63,963 nucleotides of DNA, filler included, from Lama guanicoe (GCA_013239625.1; 206 parts of 206 records of this genome joined end to end with filler, not necessarily neighbours in it); one strand, 5' to 3'. Shown: positions 37,942 to 51,025, numbered from the whole stretch's first letter. The notes: a model not told the origin generated them from the sequence alone. Numbers and translations are program-made.

Positions 37942-38152
37942 AACACTGTCATCAATAGTAGTCTCACAATATGATTTAACAAAATATGTACTAGCTTTAC
38001 AATGAAAACAAAATATTCCTGAGAGAAATTAAAGAATATACAAATTGCTAGATATACCATCTTTCTTTTTTGAAAGCTCAATATTTATAGAATTTCCACT
38101 CTGCAAAGTGATCTAAATGCAATCCCAATCCAAATTGTAAAGATTTTTTTTT
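37942..38152 (+). mobile_element. Old L1 ORF2 relic
   Basis: gagagaaattaaagaa...agatataccat...aaagctcaatatt...aatgcaatcccaatc. Confidence 0.65.
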
Positions 38153-38874
38153 NNNNNNNNNNNNNNNNNNNNNNNNNNNNNNNNNNNNNNNNNNNNTTAA
38201 TTAATTAANNNNNNNNNNNNNNNNNNNNNNNNNNNNNNNNNNNNNNNNNNNNAGGTCCTTGGACGGGTCAGAGAGCAAGAGGAGGAGATTCCAGCACAAC
38301 AGTGTCAGCGTCAGGAACCGCATATTCCAAGATGCAAATTACCACTGCATTTTTTTTTTCCTTCAGATTTCCTTGAAGTGAGATGTCTGCTCTATTTTTA
38401 AAACTGTATTTTTAAAAAAAGGTAAAAAATTGAACATTAGTGAATGTAGCCACAAAATGGTATNNNNNNNNNNNNNNNNNNNNNNNNNNNNNNNNNNNNN
38501 NNNNNNNTTAATTAATTAANNNNNNNNNNNNNNNNNNNNNNNNNNNNNNNNNNNNNNNNNNNNAGAAGCGAGGAGAGAGAGTCTGAGAGGCTTTGTGGGG
38601 GAAAGTATCCCAGATAATCTGGGGAACCTGCGTGTTTTCATCCTTTCTGGCATCAGTGCAGCAAACTGAATTGCAGCCCTGAATAGTCCACCTCCTAACC
38701 ACTGGAACTCATGCTTGGTACACCATGTGGCCAAAAGGACTTGGCCGGTGTGATGAAGGTAGGCTCCCTGAGATNNNNNNNNNNNNNNNNNNNNNNNNNN
38801 NNNNNNNNNNNNNNNNNNTTAATTAATTAANNNNNNNNNNNNNNNNNNNNNNNNNNNNNNNNNNNNNNNNNNNN

Positions 38875-39085
38875 CCCAGGAAAAGGAAACAAATCAAAAA
38901 TAAACAAATGGGACCTAAGTAAACTTTAAAATTTTTGCACAGCAAAGGAAACCATCAACAAAATGATAAGTCAACCTACTAAATGGGAGACAATATTTGC
39001 AAACGATATGACCAACAAGGGGTTAGTATCCAAAACATATAAACAGCTCACACAAATCAATATTTAAAAAAACAGATAATTAAAA
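38875..39085 (+). mobile_element. L1 ORF2 relic
   Basis: aacaaatgggacctaa...tttgcacagcaaaggaaaccatcaacaaa...caacctact.aatgggaga.aatatttgcaaa. Confidence 0.92.
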
Positions 39086-40118
39086 NNNNNNNNNNNNNNN
39101 NNNNNNNNNNNNNNNNNNNNNNNNNNNNNTTAATTAATTAANNNNNNNNNNNNNNNNNNNNNNNNNNNNNNNNNNNNNNNNNNNNCAGAACCCATAGAAG
39201 AAAGTCCAAGCTATTTGACATTAAAAATGAAAAACTGCAAAACATGCCATGAACCAGGTCCAAATATGATGCGAGACCAGGAGATCTCACAATACTTGCA
39301 GTGGATGGAGGGAAAGCTCCACACCGCACGGAGAGACAATAAATCCGCATGAAAGACTGAAACCAATATTTAAAATATGGGGACCTTTGAGAAAGTNNNN
39401 NNNNNNNNNNNNNNNNNNNNNNNNNNNNNNNNNNNNNNNNTTAATTAATTAANNNNNNNNNNNNNNNNNNNNNNNNNNNNNNNNNNNNNNNNNNNNTGTG
39501 AGGATGTAAAAGTTATTTTTCCCTTTAGGGAAACATTTCTAAAAACAAATTTAAAAACCCAATGTTGAAGTAGAAAAAAATTACAAAGGGTATATAAGGT
39601 CCCTAGATTACTCTGATTTATCTTTTTGTGTGAAAAAAGTGCAAACAACAAATAGTGGTAGTCATTCCCAATGGAATTCTGGAGCAAATTTAATCCTTTT
39701 AACAAAGNNNNNNNNNNNNNNNNNNNNNNNNNNNNNNNNNNNNNNNNNNNNTTAATTAATTAANNNNNNNNNNNNNNNNNNNNNNNNNNNNNNNNNNNNN
39801 NNNNNNNTGGGCTTGTAAAATGGTGAAAGGTCAGAGTAGTTCCAGAAAGCTAGAGAATAGTTCCCTCAGTGGCATCTTATAACTGCAGCAGTTGGCTTGG
39901 GATGGATACTACTAGTTTCCTTATTTTCTTGCTTATTTGCTTGAGGCTTAGAGGTGCAGAACAGCATGTTTCATTGGCTAAGTGAATGTGCTTTTTGTTT
40001 GAGATAAGGAGAAAAATCNNNNNNNNNNNNNNNNNNNNNNNNNNNNNNNNNNNNNNNNNNNNTTAATTAATTAANNNNNNNNNNNNNNNNNNNNNNNNNN
40101 NNNNNNNNNNNNNNNNNN

Positions 40119-40329
40119 TATATTGAATTTTGTCAAATGTTTTTTCTTTGTGTATAGACATGGTCTTGTGAATTTTGTCCTTCCTTTATTAGATATGTAT
40201 CAAGCTGCTTGACTTCTGTATTTTGAACCATCCTTGTAACTCTGGAAGAAATCCAACTGATCATCGTTTATAATCCTTTTTATGTATTGCTGGATTAATT
40301 TGTTGAAGTTCTTCGAGGATTTTTGAATC
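40119..40329 (-). mobile_element. L1 ORF2 RT-region relic (antisense)
   Basis: ttgaattttgtcaaatg...ttgaaccatccttg...tgtattgctggattaatttg. Confidence 0.85.
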
Positions 40330-40429
40330 NNNNNNNNNNNNNNNNNNNNNNNNNNNNNNNNNNNNNNNNNNNNTTAATTAATTAANNNNNNNNNNNNNNN
40401 NNNNNNNNNNNNNNNNNNNNNNNNNNNNN

Positions 40430-40582
40430 TCTGGGGACAGAGTTTCGGGTTTTCCCGATGGAGAGTTCTGGAGGCGGACGGTGGTGATGAGTGTGTAACA
40501 ATGTGAACACCGCCAACCATGCACTAAAAAACGGTTCCGATCGTAAATTTTATATGGATGTATTTTACCACAATTTAAAAAG
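40430..40582 (+). mobile_element. L1MB-like 3' terminus
   Basis: ggggacagagtttc...gttctggag.cggacggtggtgatg...aacaatgtgaa...gtaaattttatat..atgtattttaccacaatttaaaaa. Confidence 0.82.
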
Positions 40583-42606
40583 GAAGAGAGCGGCTCTGAA
40601 ACCAGCGAAAGGTGAGCTCTCAACGTGAAGGAGACGGTGGNNNNNNNNNNNNNNNNNNNNNNNNNNNNNNNNNNNNNNNNNNNNTTAATTAATTAANNNN
40701 NNNNNNNNNNNNNNNNNNNNNNNNNNNNNNNNNNNNNNNNCAGCACCAGTTTTTGGACAAGCATTAGGGACCACTGATCTAGTCTAATATCTGCTGTTCC
40801 ATTTTGTGGGGGAATCGCAGGCCCGGGAAAGGAAGATGAGCTTTTCAAGGATATAGCCTGTGAGTGAACTCTGTCCTTTAGCACCTTGTCATTGTGCACC
40901 CTACCCAGTCAGAGTGTTTAAGTGGTTTCCTCTGTCCATGTGCATCTCTCANNNNNNNNNNNNNNNNNNNNNNNNNNNNNNNNNNNNNNNNNNNNTTAAT
41001 TAATTAANNNNNNNNNNNNNNNNNNNNNNNNNNNNNNNNNNNNNNNNNNNNGTCGGCTGGGAGGGGCCGGAGCTGCAGGTTAGAATGCCTACACCTCACG
41101 CGCCATGGGCTTCCTCAGACAGTGGCAGCTGGGTTCCACGTGCGAGTGTTCCAAAGTCACTTTGTTTGTCAGAAGCAAGTCGCTAAGGCCAGCACACCTT
41201 TCACTGAGAGGAGGGCAAAGGATTTGTGAACACGTCAAAATCACCACGATGCCCCTGTCAAANNNNNNNNNNNNNNNNNNNNNNNNNNNNNNNNNNNNNN
41301 NNNNNNTTAATTAATTAANNNNNNNNNNNNNNNNNNNNNNNNNNNNNNNNNNNNNNNNNNNNTCTTCTCCTTCCTCGCAGCCACGGAATGTCCTGGATCC
41401 CAGTTTCACCAGACAGCCAGCCCAAGTGGGTTGACCTTGACCTGCTAAGTGACCTAGTGACCTGCCATCTCTTGCATCTTCTGGTGAAGTAATAGTCAGC
41501 GTGTGACCTCGCGTTGAGCTCACCATCCTTTTCTGCCTCCACTCCTTCACACTCACCCTCACTGCCCTAGACTNNNNNNNNNNNNNNNNNNNNNNNNNNN
41601 NNNNNNNNNNNNNNNNNTTAATTAATTAANNNNNNNNNNNNNNNNNNNNNNNNNNNNNNNNNNNNNNNNNNNNGGGGCCCTGACCCCAGTCCCTCCGCCC
41701 TCTGGGCCTGTCCTGCTCCCCTTCCTTCCAAATCTTTCTTTCCGGCTCAAGCCCCTGGGGGAGGGGCATTTCTGCTGGCTTAACCCTTCCCTCCCTAGGC
41801 TCTTGCTTTCTGCTCTGGGTAGTGAACATCTGCATTGCCCCTCCAGGTGCCGCTTCTCCCCTCAACAACCCTGCAGGGTGAGGANNNNNNNNNNNNNNNN
41901 NNNNNNNNNNNNNNNNNNNNNNNNNNNNTTAATTAATTAANNNNNNNNNNNNNNNNNNNNNNNNNNNNNNNNNNNNNNNNNNNNTCCATGTGAAAATTGA
42001 ACAGATGAATGAATGAATAAACAATTTGGTCATTACTCCATTCTTCTTTTCTGCCCTAAGAAAGCAATTGTTACGAGCTGGGCATATTGTGACATAGTTA
42101 TGCCTATTTTATAGTGGACAGAAATTATTAATAATATACATCATTGATATTGATGCATTCATTTAAATATTCCTTTAAATAACAGAAAATAGAATNNNNN
42201 NNNNNNNNNNNNNNNNNNNNNNNNNNNNNNNNNNNNNNNTTAATTAATTAANNNNNNNNNNNNNNNNNNNNNNNNNNNNNNNNNNNNNNNNNNNNAGGAC
42301 ACACTGATTTTAAACTTTAAATGACTGATTTTACGGGTATACAGTGATACCTGACTGTTCCTTTAGTTTTCATTGCTAGTGTATTTAAGCATCCTTTCTT
42401 TTTTTTTTTTTTATTAACGTGTTTTAATCTGTTCTGAGAATGTGTACGCGTTGTACGTGTTTCTTTGGGGCTGTTAGCTTTTTATTGTCCATTTGTAAGA
42501 GCTCATNNNNNNNNNNNNNNNNNNNNNNNNNNNNNNNNNNNNNNNNNNNNTTAATTAATTAANNNNNNNNNNNNNNNNNNNNNNNNNNNNNNNNNNNNNN
42601 NNNNNN

Positions 42607-42697
42607 ATTGTAAATAGTGCTACTATGAACATTGGGGTGCATGTATCTTTTCTAATTAGAGTTTCCTCCAGATATATGCCCAGGAGTGGGATTGCTC
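42607..42697 (-). mobile_element. L1 3' ORF2 fragment joined to non-L1 sequence
   Basis: attgtaaatagtgctactatgaacattggggtgcatgtatctttt...atatgcccaggagtgggattgct. Confidence 0.85.
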
Positions 42698-45600
42698 TAT
42701 CCTAGGGTAGGTTAAACCTCGAGTTTAATGACACAAAAGGAAAGAAGAAGAAAGCTGAGAAAGCTCACGGCAGAGGCCCGCAAGCACACTGACTCCCTAG
42801 ATTAAGGCTAGAGTAGANNNNNNNNNNNNNNNNNNNNNNNNNNNNNNNNNNNNNNNNNNNNTTAATTAATTAANNNNNNNNNNNNNNNNNNNNNNNNNNN
42901 NNNNNNNNNNNNNNNNNCATTCCACTTCTGCTCGGTGTTCTCGCCCTGGGGACATGAAGAGCCAGAAAAATCCAGTCTTTGTGCTGGAGAAGCTCCTGGC
43001 TCCAGGCTCAACCCACACACTCTGCAGCACCAAGTGCCGGGAGCAAGAAGAGGAAGGTACAGGTGCTGGGGGCACAGATGGGGAGCGACAAGAGCCTTGC
43101 GAAACCGCTGATGACAGGGAAGGGCATGNNNNNNNNNNNNNNNNNNNNNNNNNNNNNNNNNNNNNNNNNNNNTTAATTAATTAANNNNNNNNNNNNNNNN
43201 NNNNNNNNNNNNNNNNNNNNNNNNNNNNACACTCAACAAGCCTTGTTTCTTTTCTCTGTGTTCCCTTAGTCAACATGAAATTTTTAAAAGTCCGTAAAAT
43301 CCTACCTGATGACAGAGATGTCTTCATGACTCGGTGAAATCTCAACCACTAAATCCGCTATTAAAGAAAAAAGTAAAATAGACTTCGTACCAGCAATAGA
43401 AAAATACAGAATATTGAAAGTATAAGACCAATGTTCTGTNNNNNNNNNNNNNNNNNNNNNNNNNNNNNNNNNNNNNNNNNNNNTTAATTAATTAANNNNN
43501 NNNNNNNNNNNNNNNNNNNNNNNNNNNNNNNNNNNNNNNATAATTAAAATGATGACAGTAGTGGATGAGAGTAAGCCAGACTGTAATGGGTGTCACACAG
43601 AGCTGAGCGAGGAGGCTCCAGGGAGGACGGTGGGACACGTGACTGCCAGCAGCTGCATTAAGGAGAGGATGGTCACTCCGGTAAGAGCCCAACAGCCACA
43701 GGGACCACAGCTGGTGAGGCTGAAGGCAGTCAGGAAAGAGGCGCACCCTGNNNNNNNNNNNNNNNNNNNNNNNNNNNNNNNNNNNNNNNNNNNNTTAATT
43801 AATTAANNNNNNNNNNNNNNNNNNNNNNNNNNNNNNNNNNNNNNNNNNNNAAACATGTGACAGAGCAAACCTTAAACTAGCTTGGAGGGGGGTCCTGAAG
43901 TGATGACATAAGTCCAAATAGACATTACGGTGCTAAGGTTTAAGATAAAAATGAGAAGGTTGCAATAAAAACGCATGTGTCATTATGCAAAGGAGAGATG
44001 GGGGACCCCGGTCTTACAGCATATGCACTAATCAACTCAAAATGGATTAAAGATGTAAATGNNNNNNNNNNNNNNNNNNNNNNNNNNNNNNNNNNNNNNN
44101 NNNNNTTAATTAATTAANNNNNNNNNNNNNNNNNNNNNNNNNNNNNNNNNNNNNNNNNNNNTGTTGTGATGAACTCCTGAAGAGAAACAGCAAACAAGAG
44201 TGGATTGAAAGGAAACCTACAAAAGGTGGAAGCAGCGCTGAGGAAGGAGACACTGAGAGCAAGATGGGGCCCGTGCGCAGACACATGGCGATGAATGATC
44301 TCCAGCAGCTCACCTACAGTATTTCCCATGTGTGTGGTGCTTCCTCACTCCTCTGCTGTGACCACAGAGGTCNNNNNNNNNNNNNNNNNNNNNNNNNNNN
44401 NNNNNNNNNNNNNNNNTTAATTAATTAANNNNNNNNNNNNNNNNNNNNNNNNNNNNNNNNNNNNNNNNNNNNTAAACCTGAAAGTAAGAGGTGCCAAACA
44501 AACAAACAAACAAACAAAATCTAATCAAATAGTTCCAGAGACTGATATGTGAAATGATCACTTTAGCTGAGAATTCAAGTGATAAATGAAGTTTCTCCTT
44601 ATCTGACCAACTGAATGAAATTTCTATCTCAAGGGGTTAAAACGGGAACTGCAGATCATGGGGTGGCAGGACCAGAGTCAAGGNNNNNNNNNNNNNNNNN
44701 NNNNNNNNNNNNNNNNNNNNNNNNNNNTTAATTAATTAANNNNNNNNNNNNNNNNNNNNNNNNNNNNNNNNNNNNNNNNNNNNCTGCTGGGGTGATGGAA
44801 GTGCCCGGAGCTAGATGCTGATGGTGCGCAACGTAGAGAAAGCAGTAATGCTGCCGAATGGTACAGTTTAAAATAATTCCAGGGCTACATTTTATTGTGT
44901 CTAAATTTTAACACATAAATATAAAAATGAAAGCTCATATAAAGGAGAAAAGTAAAGGAAAGATGGCCTTCCTGGGCAAGGTGAAAAACTGCTCNNNNNN
45001 NNNNNNNNNNNNNNNNNNNNNNNNNNNNNNNNNNNNNNTTAATTAATTAANNNNNNNNNNNNNNNNNNNNNNNNNNNNNNNNNNNNNNNNNNNNACTTGC
45101 CCAAGTCCGCACAACACGGGGGGACGCTGAGAGTTAGACCAGGCGGGGTGGCTCCCCGTGCGTCCTCTCAGTCACTCAGCCAAACTCCGTGGCGGTTGTC
45201 TGCCTTCTTTTAAGATGAGATTTGCCTCTCTCGGCCCAGCTCTGCCCCGTCTGGTACTCCTCCTCAGTGTCACCAGGACACAGTTAGACACAGCTGTCCT
45301 TTCCANNNNNNNNNNNNNNNNNNNNNNNNNNNNNNNNNNNNNNNNNNNNTTAATTAATTAANNNNNNNNNNNNNNNNNNNNNNNNNNNNNNNNNNNNNNN
45401 NNNNNCGCTTGTGGGAGGAGGTGAGCTCAGGGTCTTATTTTTCCATCTTGGCCACACCCCCTATAACTTCAACTTTAGAAATTTTAGAGCAGAGAAATAC
45501 TTGACAAAAACAATACTAATTGCAGAGCATTTATTTATAAAAGAGCAGGATCATTTGTAGCATGTATGTATCTATTTTTAACAATTGATTCATTCATCTA

Positions 45601-45716
45601 TTTACTGATCCATTTANNNNNNNNNNNNNNNNNNNNNNNNNNNNNNNNNNNNNNNNNNNNTTAATTAATTAANNNNNNNNNNNNNNNNNNNNNNNNNNNN
45701 NNNNNNNNNNNNNNNN

Positions 45717-45927
45717 TTTGGCTTCTTTCACTTAGCCAGTCTCTGGAGATTCATCCATGCTGTTACACCTGTCCGTAGTTCATTTCTCTTTATTGCTGAG
45801 TAGTGGTCCAGATGTGTGGATATACAGTTGTTTATGCATTCATCAGGGGGTGAACATTTGAATTGTTTCTAGTTTTTTTGGCTGTTATGAATAAAGCCGC
45901 TAAAACCCCTCATGTATGTGTAAACAT
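45717..45927 (-). mobile_element. Old L1 (L1MB/L1ME-like) 3' relic (antisense)
   Basis: ggcttctttcacttagc...gagattcatccatgctgtt...tttattgctgagtagt...ggctgttatgaataaagc. Confidence 0.85.
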
Positions 45928-46423
45928 NNNNNNNNNNNNNNNNNNNNNNNNNNNNNNNNNNNNNNNNNNNNTTAATTAATTAANNNNNNNNNNNNNNNNN
46001 NNNNNNNNNNNNNNNNNNNNNNNNNNNATAGTCAATATGTATTTCTAAAAGATAAAACCATTTAAAAAATGGTATCACACCAATCAATAAAATAACAGTA
46101 TTTCCTTAATGTAAGGAAATATTTTCTTATTATTCATATTTCTTCAGTGTTACAAGTGATTTGCTCTAGTTACGTTGTTTGAATCAGAGCACAAGTGAGT
46201 TCCCAACATTACGAGGGTCACGTGTCCATTAAGCTCTTNNNNNNNNNNNNNNNNNNNNNNNNNNNNNNNNNNNNNNNNNNNNTTAATTAATTAANNNNNN
46301 NNNNNNNNNNNNNNNNNNNNNNNNNNNNNNNNNNNNNNTATGGAAGCCCACATGATATAGGGGTGTTAGTATCACCCCCAAAGCCAAGATGTTTGGTTTT
46401 CAATGTGTCAATCAACAACTTAC

Positions 46424-46501
46424 CGGCCATCACTATTAGCGAACTGTGTAGATCATGGTGCTTATCATTCACTTGCATCTTCAGAGCCTTGAAAGGTTCA
46501 A
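46424..46501 (-). CDS. Candidate 78-nt symmetric (phase 1-1) internal exon of an unidentified gene
   Basis: On the minus strand: branch-like tttaac, actttttgacag| acceptor and CG|GTAAGT donor. Only one frame is open (EPFKALKMQVNDKHHDLHSSLIVMA). No homologue recognised. Confidence 0.4.
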
Positions 46502-47271
46502 CTGTCAAAAAGTAATTTGTACAGTACAGTTAAATGTGGAAACTATATCNNNNNNNNNNNNNNNNNNNNNNNNNNNNNNNNNNNNNNNNNNNNTTAATTA
46601 ATTAANNNNNNNNNNNNNNNNNNNNNNNNNNNNNNNNNNNNNNNNNNNNCTCCGCATCGGACCGCAAGCCTCCTCACGGCTCAGAGACGCTTCCAGCCAC
46701 CGGAGGGACCCGTGCACCGCCGGGTGAGTGAGGGCCGCGTCCGTGGCGTGGCAGGCATGGGGGTCCTGGGTTTGCACCTGTCGCCGACGGTCGGGGAGCC
46801 CGGGAGGGGGTGCTGCGCACGCACCAGGATGGGTGACCTTCCACCCTGGGGCACTGCAGCNNNNNNNNNNNNNNNNNNNNNNNNNNNNNNNNNNNNNNNN
46901 NNNNTTAATTAATTAANNNNNNNNNNNNNNNNNNNNNNNNNNNNNNNNNNNNNNNNNNNNACACACCACACGGGCAAGCTTCTGGTCATAATGACAGTGG
47001 GTTACAGGCCACAGACTGGGCGGTACGCAGGGAAGCCCCAAAACAGAGAGAGAGGAGAAAGGAACCTCCTCAGAGGAATTTGAAGCACTGTTGTCTCCAG
47101 CGGCAGTGAACAGTAATCACGGCCCAACTCCTAGCCAGTTATCATAATCCTTACACCACAGGCCTATTTATNNNNNNNNNNNNNNNNNNNNNNNNNNNNN
47201 NNNNNNNNNNNNNNNTTAATTAATTAANNNNNNNNNNNNNNNNNNNNNNNNNNNNNNNNNNNNNNNNNNNN

Positions 47272-47430
47272 AAAATATTATCATTTTGACATGCAATCAA
47301 TATTTTTCAATTACTAATGTAGACAGTTTACATTCTTATTAAGTCTTCAACATCTGGTTTGTATTTATACGTCCATCACAGCCCCTCTCAACAGGACCGC
47401 CCACCTCTCACGCGCCTGACAGCCACACAG
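47272..47430. mobile_element. MER33/MER3-like hAT MITE
   Basis: aaaatattatcattttgacatgcaatcaatat...aagtcttcaacatctggtttgtattt. Confidence 0.65.
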
Positions 47431-47893
47431 GACGACGGGAACCTCCCGGAGTCCGGCTTTGGGGGGACTTTCCTCTATGGTTNNNNNNNNNNNNNNNNNN
47501 NNNNNNNNNNNNNNNNNNNNNNNNNNTTAATTAATTAANNNNNNNNNNNNNNNNNNNNNNNNNNNNNNNNNNNNNNNNNNNNAAGAAAAAGCATCGATTT
47601 TTAGTTTGCTCAGCATTTGGTTGTCGTTGTCATAATGATGGGAGTGACATCTCCCAGTTTCTTTACATGTCAGAGCTGAATTCAGAAGTCCAGCAATATC
47701 CTCCATTAAGTAACTGTCTCCATTTTAGGCTTCCCTTCTCCTTACTGTGTTCTTCCCTAAGACGGCTTCTGGGCATCGGGGAAGAGAGATACANNNNNNN
47801 NNNNNNNNNNNNNNNNNNNNNNNNNNNNNNNNNNNNNTTAATTAATTAANNNNNNNNNNNNNNNNNNNNNNNNNNNNNNNNNNNNNNNNNNNN

Positions 47894-48104
47894 TCTGTGT
47901 CTGTGAGTCTGTTTGTTTTGTAAATAAGTTCATTTGTGTGTATAGTATGGGGAACTATATTCAGTATCTTGTAGTAACTTATAATGAATAAGAAGATGAA
48001 AATGAACATATGTATGTATATGTATGACTGTCGCATTATACTGTGCACCAGAAATTGATACATCGTAAACTGACTATACTTCAATAAAAAGGAATGCAAA
48101 AAAA
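47894..48104 (+). mobile_element. L1 3' end (cetartiodactyl/camelid type) with a 5' inversion
   Basis: 47894-~47939 is antisense L1 3'UTR. ~47939-48104 is the sense L1 3' terminus ending gactatacttcAATAAAaa (48083-48088) and an A-rich tail. Confidence 0.85.
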
Positions 48105-49137
48105 NNNNNNNNNNNNNNNNNNNNNNNNNNNNNNNNNNNNNNNNNNNNTTAATTAATTAANNNNNNNNNNNNNNNNNNNNNNNNNNNNNNNNNNNNNNNN
48201 NNNNAGGGTTGAAATAAGGGGCAAATAGATGTTTCAGAGTCAGGCCAGCTCAGAGCTGAGCTAATTGTTTACTTCTGAATATTGAAAGGGAATCTTGAAC
48301 TGGAGGTTTTTCTCAAATAGGTAGAAAACCACACTGGTCCCATGGATGTGGAGTACCCATGTGCAGTGTCTCTGCTCAGAACACATACAACACATAGGCG
48401 GTGGCTCTTCAGTGANNNNNNNNNNNNNNNNNNNNNNNNNNNNNNNNNNNNNNNNNNNNTTAATTAATTAANNNNNNNNNNNNNNNNNNNNNNNNNNNNN
48501 NNNNNNNNNNNNNNNGCAGGGATGAATATTTGTCTGTTCCATTACTGGTGGTACTCTCAAGACCGAGGACAGTGCCTGGCATACATGGGATTCCCAATAA
48601 ATGCTATGAAATGCATGGCTGCATGGGTAGATAAATAAATGCAAAGGAAAAAGAAATGAAAGTTTGTTGTCTCTGTGGATATGACCTTAAGTTTTTAGTT
48701 ACTGGAATTGTCCTGTAAACTAGATANNNNNNNNNNNNNNNNNNNNNNNNNNNNNNNNNNNNNNNNNNNNTTAATTAATTAANNNNNNNNNNNNNNNNNN
48801 NNNNNNNNNNNNNNNNNNNNNNNNNNAACTGCCCTCAGCAATGAAGGGCGCCCGGCGACCCCTTGCGCTTTCTCTGTTACATCTTTCCCGCTCATGGCTC
48901 CCAACATCATGAAGGGACAGAGGCTGACACTCTCATTGGCCCCCTCCACTGAACCCGATGCTGGGTCTCGCCCCCGGTGCCCCTGCCATGGGCCGCAGGT
49001 CCACGCACCTGCTGGTCTCGGCGCTGTACTGGCCTTTNNNNNNNNNNNNNNNNNNNNNNNNNNNNNNNNNNNNNNNNNNNNTTAATTAATTAANNNNNNN
49101 NNNNNNNNNNNNNNNNNNNNNNNNNNNNNNNNNNNNN

Positions 49138-49348
49138 AAGATATGTTTCCTCTATACCCACCCTGGTGATAGTTTTCATCATGAATAAGTGTTGAAATGT
49201 ATCAAATGCTTTTTCTGTGTCTATTCATATGATCATATGACTTTTGTTTCTTTTTTGTTAATGTGTTGTATCACATTGATTGATTTGCATGTGTTGAAAC
49301 ATCCTTGTGACTCTGAAATAAATCCAACTTGATTATGGTGTACGATTC
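49138..49348 (-). mobile_element. L1 ORF2 RT-region relic (antisense)
   Basis: atcaaatgctttttctgtgtctatt...gtatcacattgattgatttgcat.tgttgaa. Confidence 0.88.
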
Positions 49349-50692
49349 NNNNNNNNNNNNNNNNNNNNNNNNNNNNNNNNNNNNNNNNNNNNTTAATTAA
49401 TTAANNNNNNNNNNNNNNNNNNNNNNNNNNNNNNNNNNNNNNNNNNNNTAAGGAGTCAGCCCTGGAAACCACCAAGAGAAATGGATTTCCACTAACAGGA
49501 ATAGCAAGTGCAAAGGCCCTGTGGTCAGGGCATACATACATAGAGTGCAAGTAGTACCTCAGGAAGTTGAAGAAGAATACATGGCAACTTGAAAGTCATG
49601 GTGAGGAGTCTGGACCTTATGCTGAGTGCAAAGAGAACCACTGGACTCTTAAACTGAGGNNNNNNNNNNNNNNNNNNNNNNNNNNNNNNNNNNNNNNNNN
49701 NNNTTAATTAATTAANNNNNNNNNNNNNNNNNNNNNNNNNNNNNNNNNNNNNNNNNNNNTGGTTCTTCTTTGGGGGAACCACCCGAAAAAAGGTCATGTC
49801 CAGACTGGGGAAAACTTCAGAAAGTACACACCTTGGTTTCTTCCAAACAGAATTTACAAGGAAAAATGAATAGATGGAAGGGGAAATTAATAGATTATAA
49901 AATATTTAAGTGATATACCTACCAATTACAATTGTGGACCTTGTTTGGATTCTGATTTATATAAACTATTNNNNNNNNNNNNNNNNNNNNNNNNNNNNNN
50001 NNNNNNNNNNNNNNTTAATTAATTAANNNNNNNNNNNNNNNNNNNNNNNNNNNNNNNNNNNNNNNNNNNNTTTCCTGTTGTTAGACCGTGTGTTTTCCTC
50101 AAGTTAGAATACCTTCCACTGATCTTTTCCTATCAGGAGCCTGCCCCATTCTTCAAACCCTTGCTCAGATCCCTGAGTAAGAGGGTCCAGAAGAGGTCCA
50201 AATCTTCTCTGACCCCAGAGGATGAGGGCAGGGGATGTGGTCAGAATGACTTCTGCACTGTATACCCCTAGATTATGGTCTNNNNNNNNNNNNNNNNNNN
50301 NNNNNNNNNNNNNNNNNNNNNNNNNTTAATTAATTAANNNNNNNNNNNNNNNNNNNNNNNNNNNNNNNNNNNNNNNNNNNNCCACTTGATTAGGTTTATG
50401 ACTCTGAGGAACAAGTTGTGTTTGTTTAAAAGGTGTAAGGTAAATGTGACATCCAAATTAATCATACATTTTTCAATCTTCTCTTTAAACATTCACATAA
50501 AAGTTCTCATTGTGAATTTAAGTGCAAAATAGTAACTTGGGCTCTTGGGTCCCCCTTGAGCACTGGCATTGATCATCAACCTTTTTTTTTTTNNNNNNNN
50601 NNNNNNNNNNNNNNNNNNNNNNNNNNNNNNNNNNNNTTAATTAATTAANNNNNNNNNNNNNNNNNNNNNNNNNNNNNNNNNNNNNNNNNNNN

Positions 50693-50903
50693 TACTAACA
50701 AACATAAAGAAAGAAACTGATGGGAATACAATAATGTAGCAAACTATAAAACCCCACTAACATCATTGGACATGTCTTTCAGACAGAAAATAAGTGAGGC
50801 AAAAGAGATACTAAATGACACAATAGAACCGTTGAAACTGGTTGGTATTTTTCTCCAAAAAGCAGAATATACATTCTTGCCAAGTGCTCATGGAACATTC
50901 TCT
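50693..50903 (+). mobile_element. L1 ORF2 endonuclease-domain relic
   Basis: TPLTSLDMSFRQKISEAKEILNDTIE...KAEYTFLPSAHGTFS matches the L1 EN pattern (DRSSRQKI...EYTFFSSAHGTFS). Confidence 0.9.
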
Positions 50904-51003
50904 NNNNNNNNNNNNNNNNNNNNNNNNNNNNNNNNNNNNNNNNNNNNTTAATTAATTAANNNNNNNNNNNNNNNNNNNNNNNNNNNNNNNNNNNNNNNNN
51001 NNN

Positions 51004-51025
51004 TAATTACCTCCCTCCCCCAAAA
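51004..51025 (+). mobile_element. Extreme 3' end of a Vic-1-like SINE
   Basis: Contig starts taattacctccctcccccaaaa, the same tail motif as 35922-35975. Confidence 0.5.

Noticed and set aside
46650..46735. CpG-rich segment ending in CGG|GTGAGT donor
   Set aside because: No acceptor in the contig and no recognisable peptide in any frame; insufficient to call.
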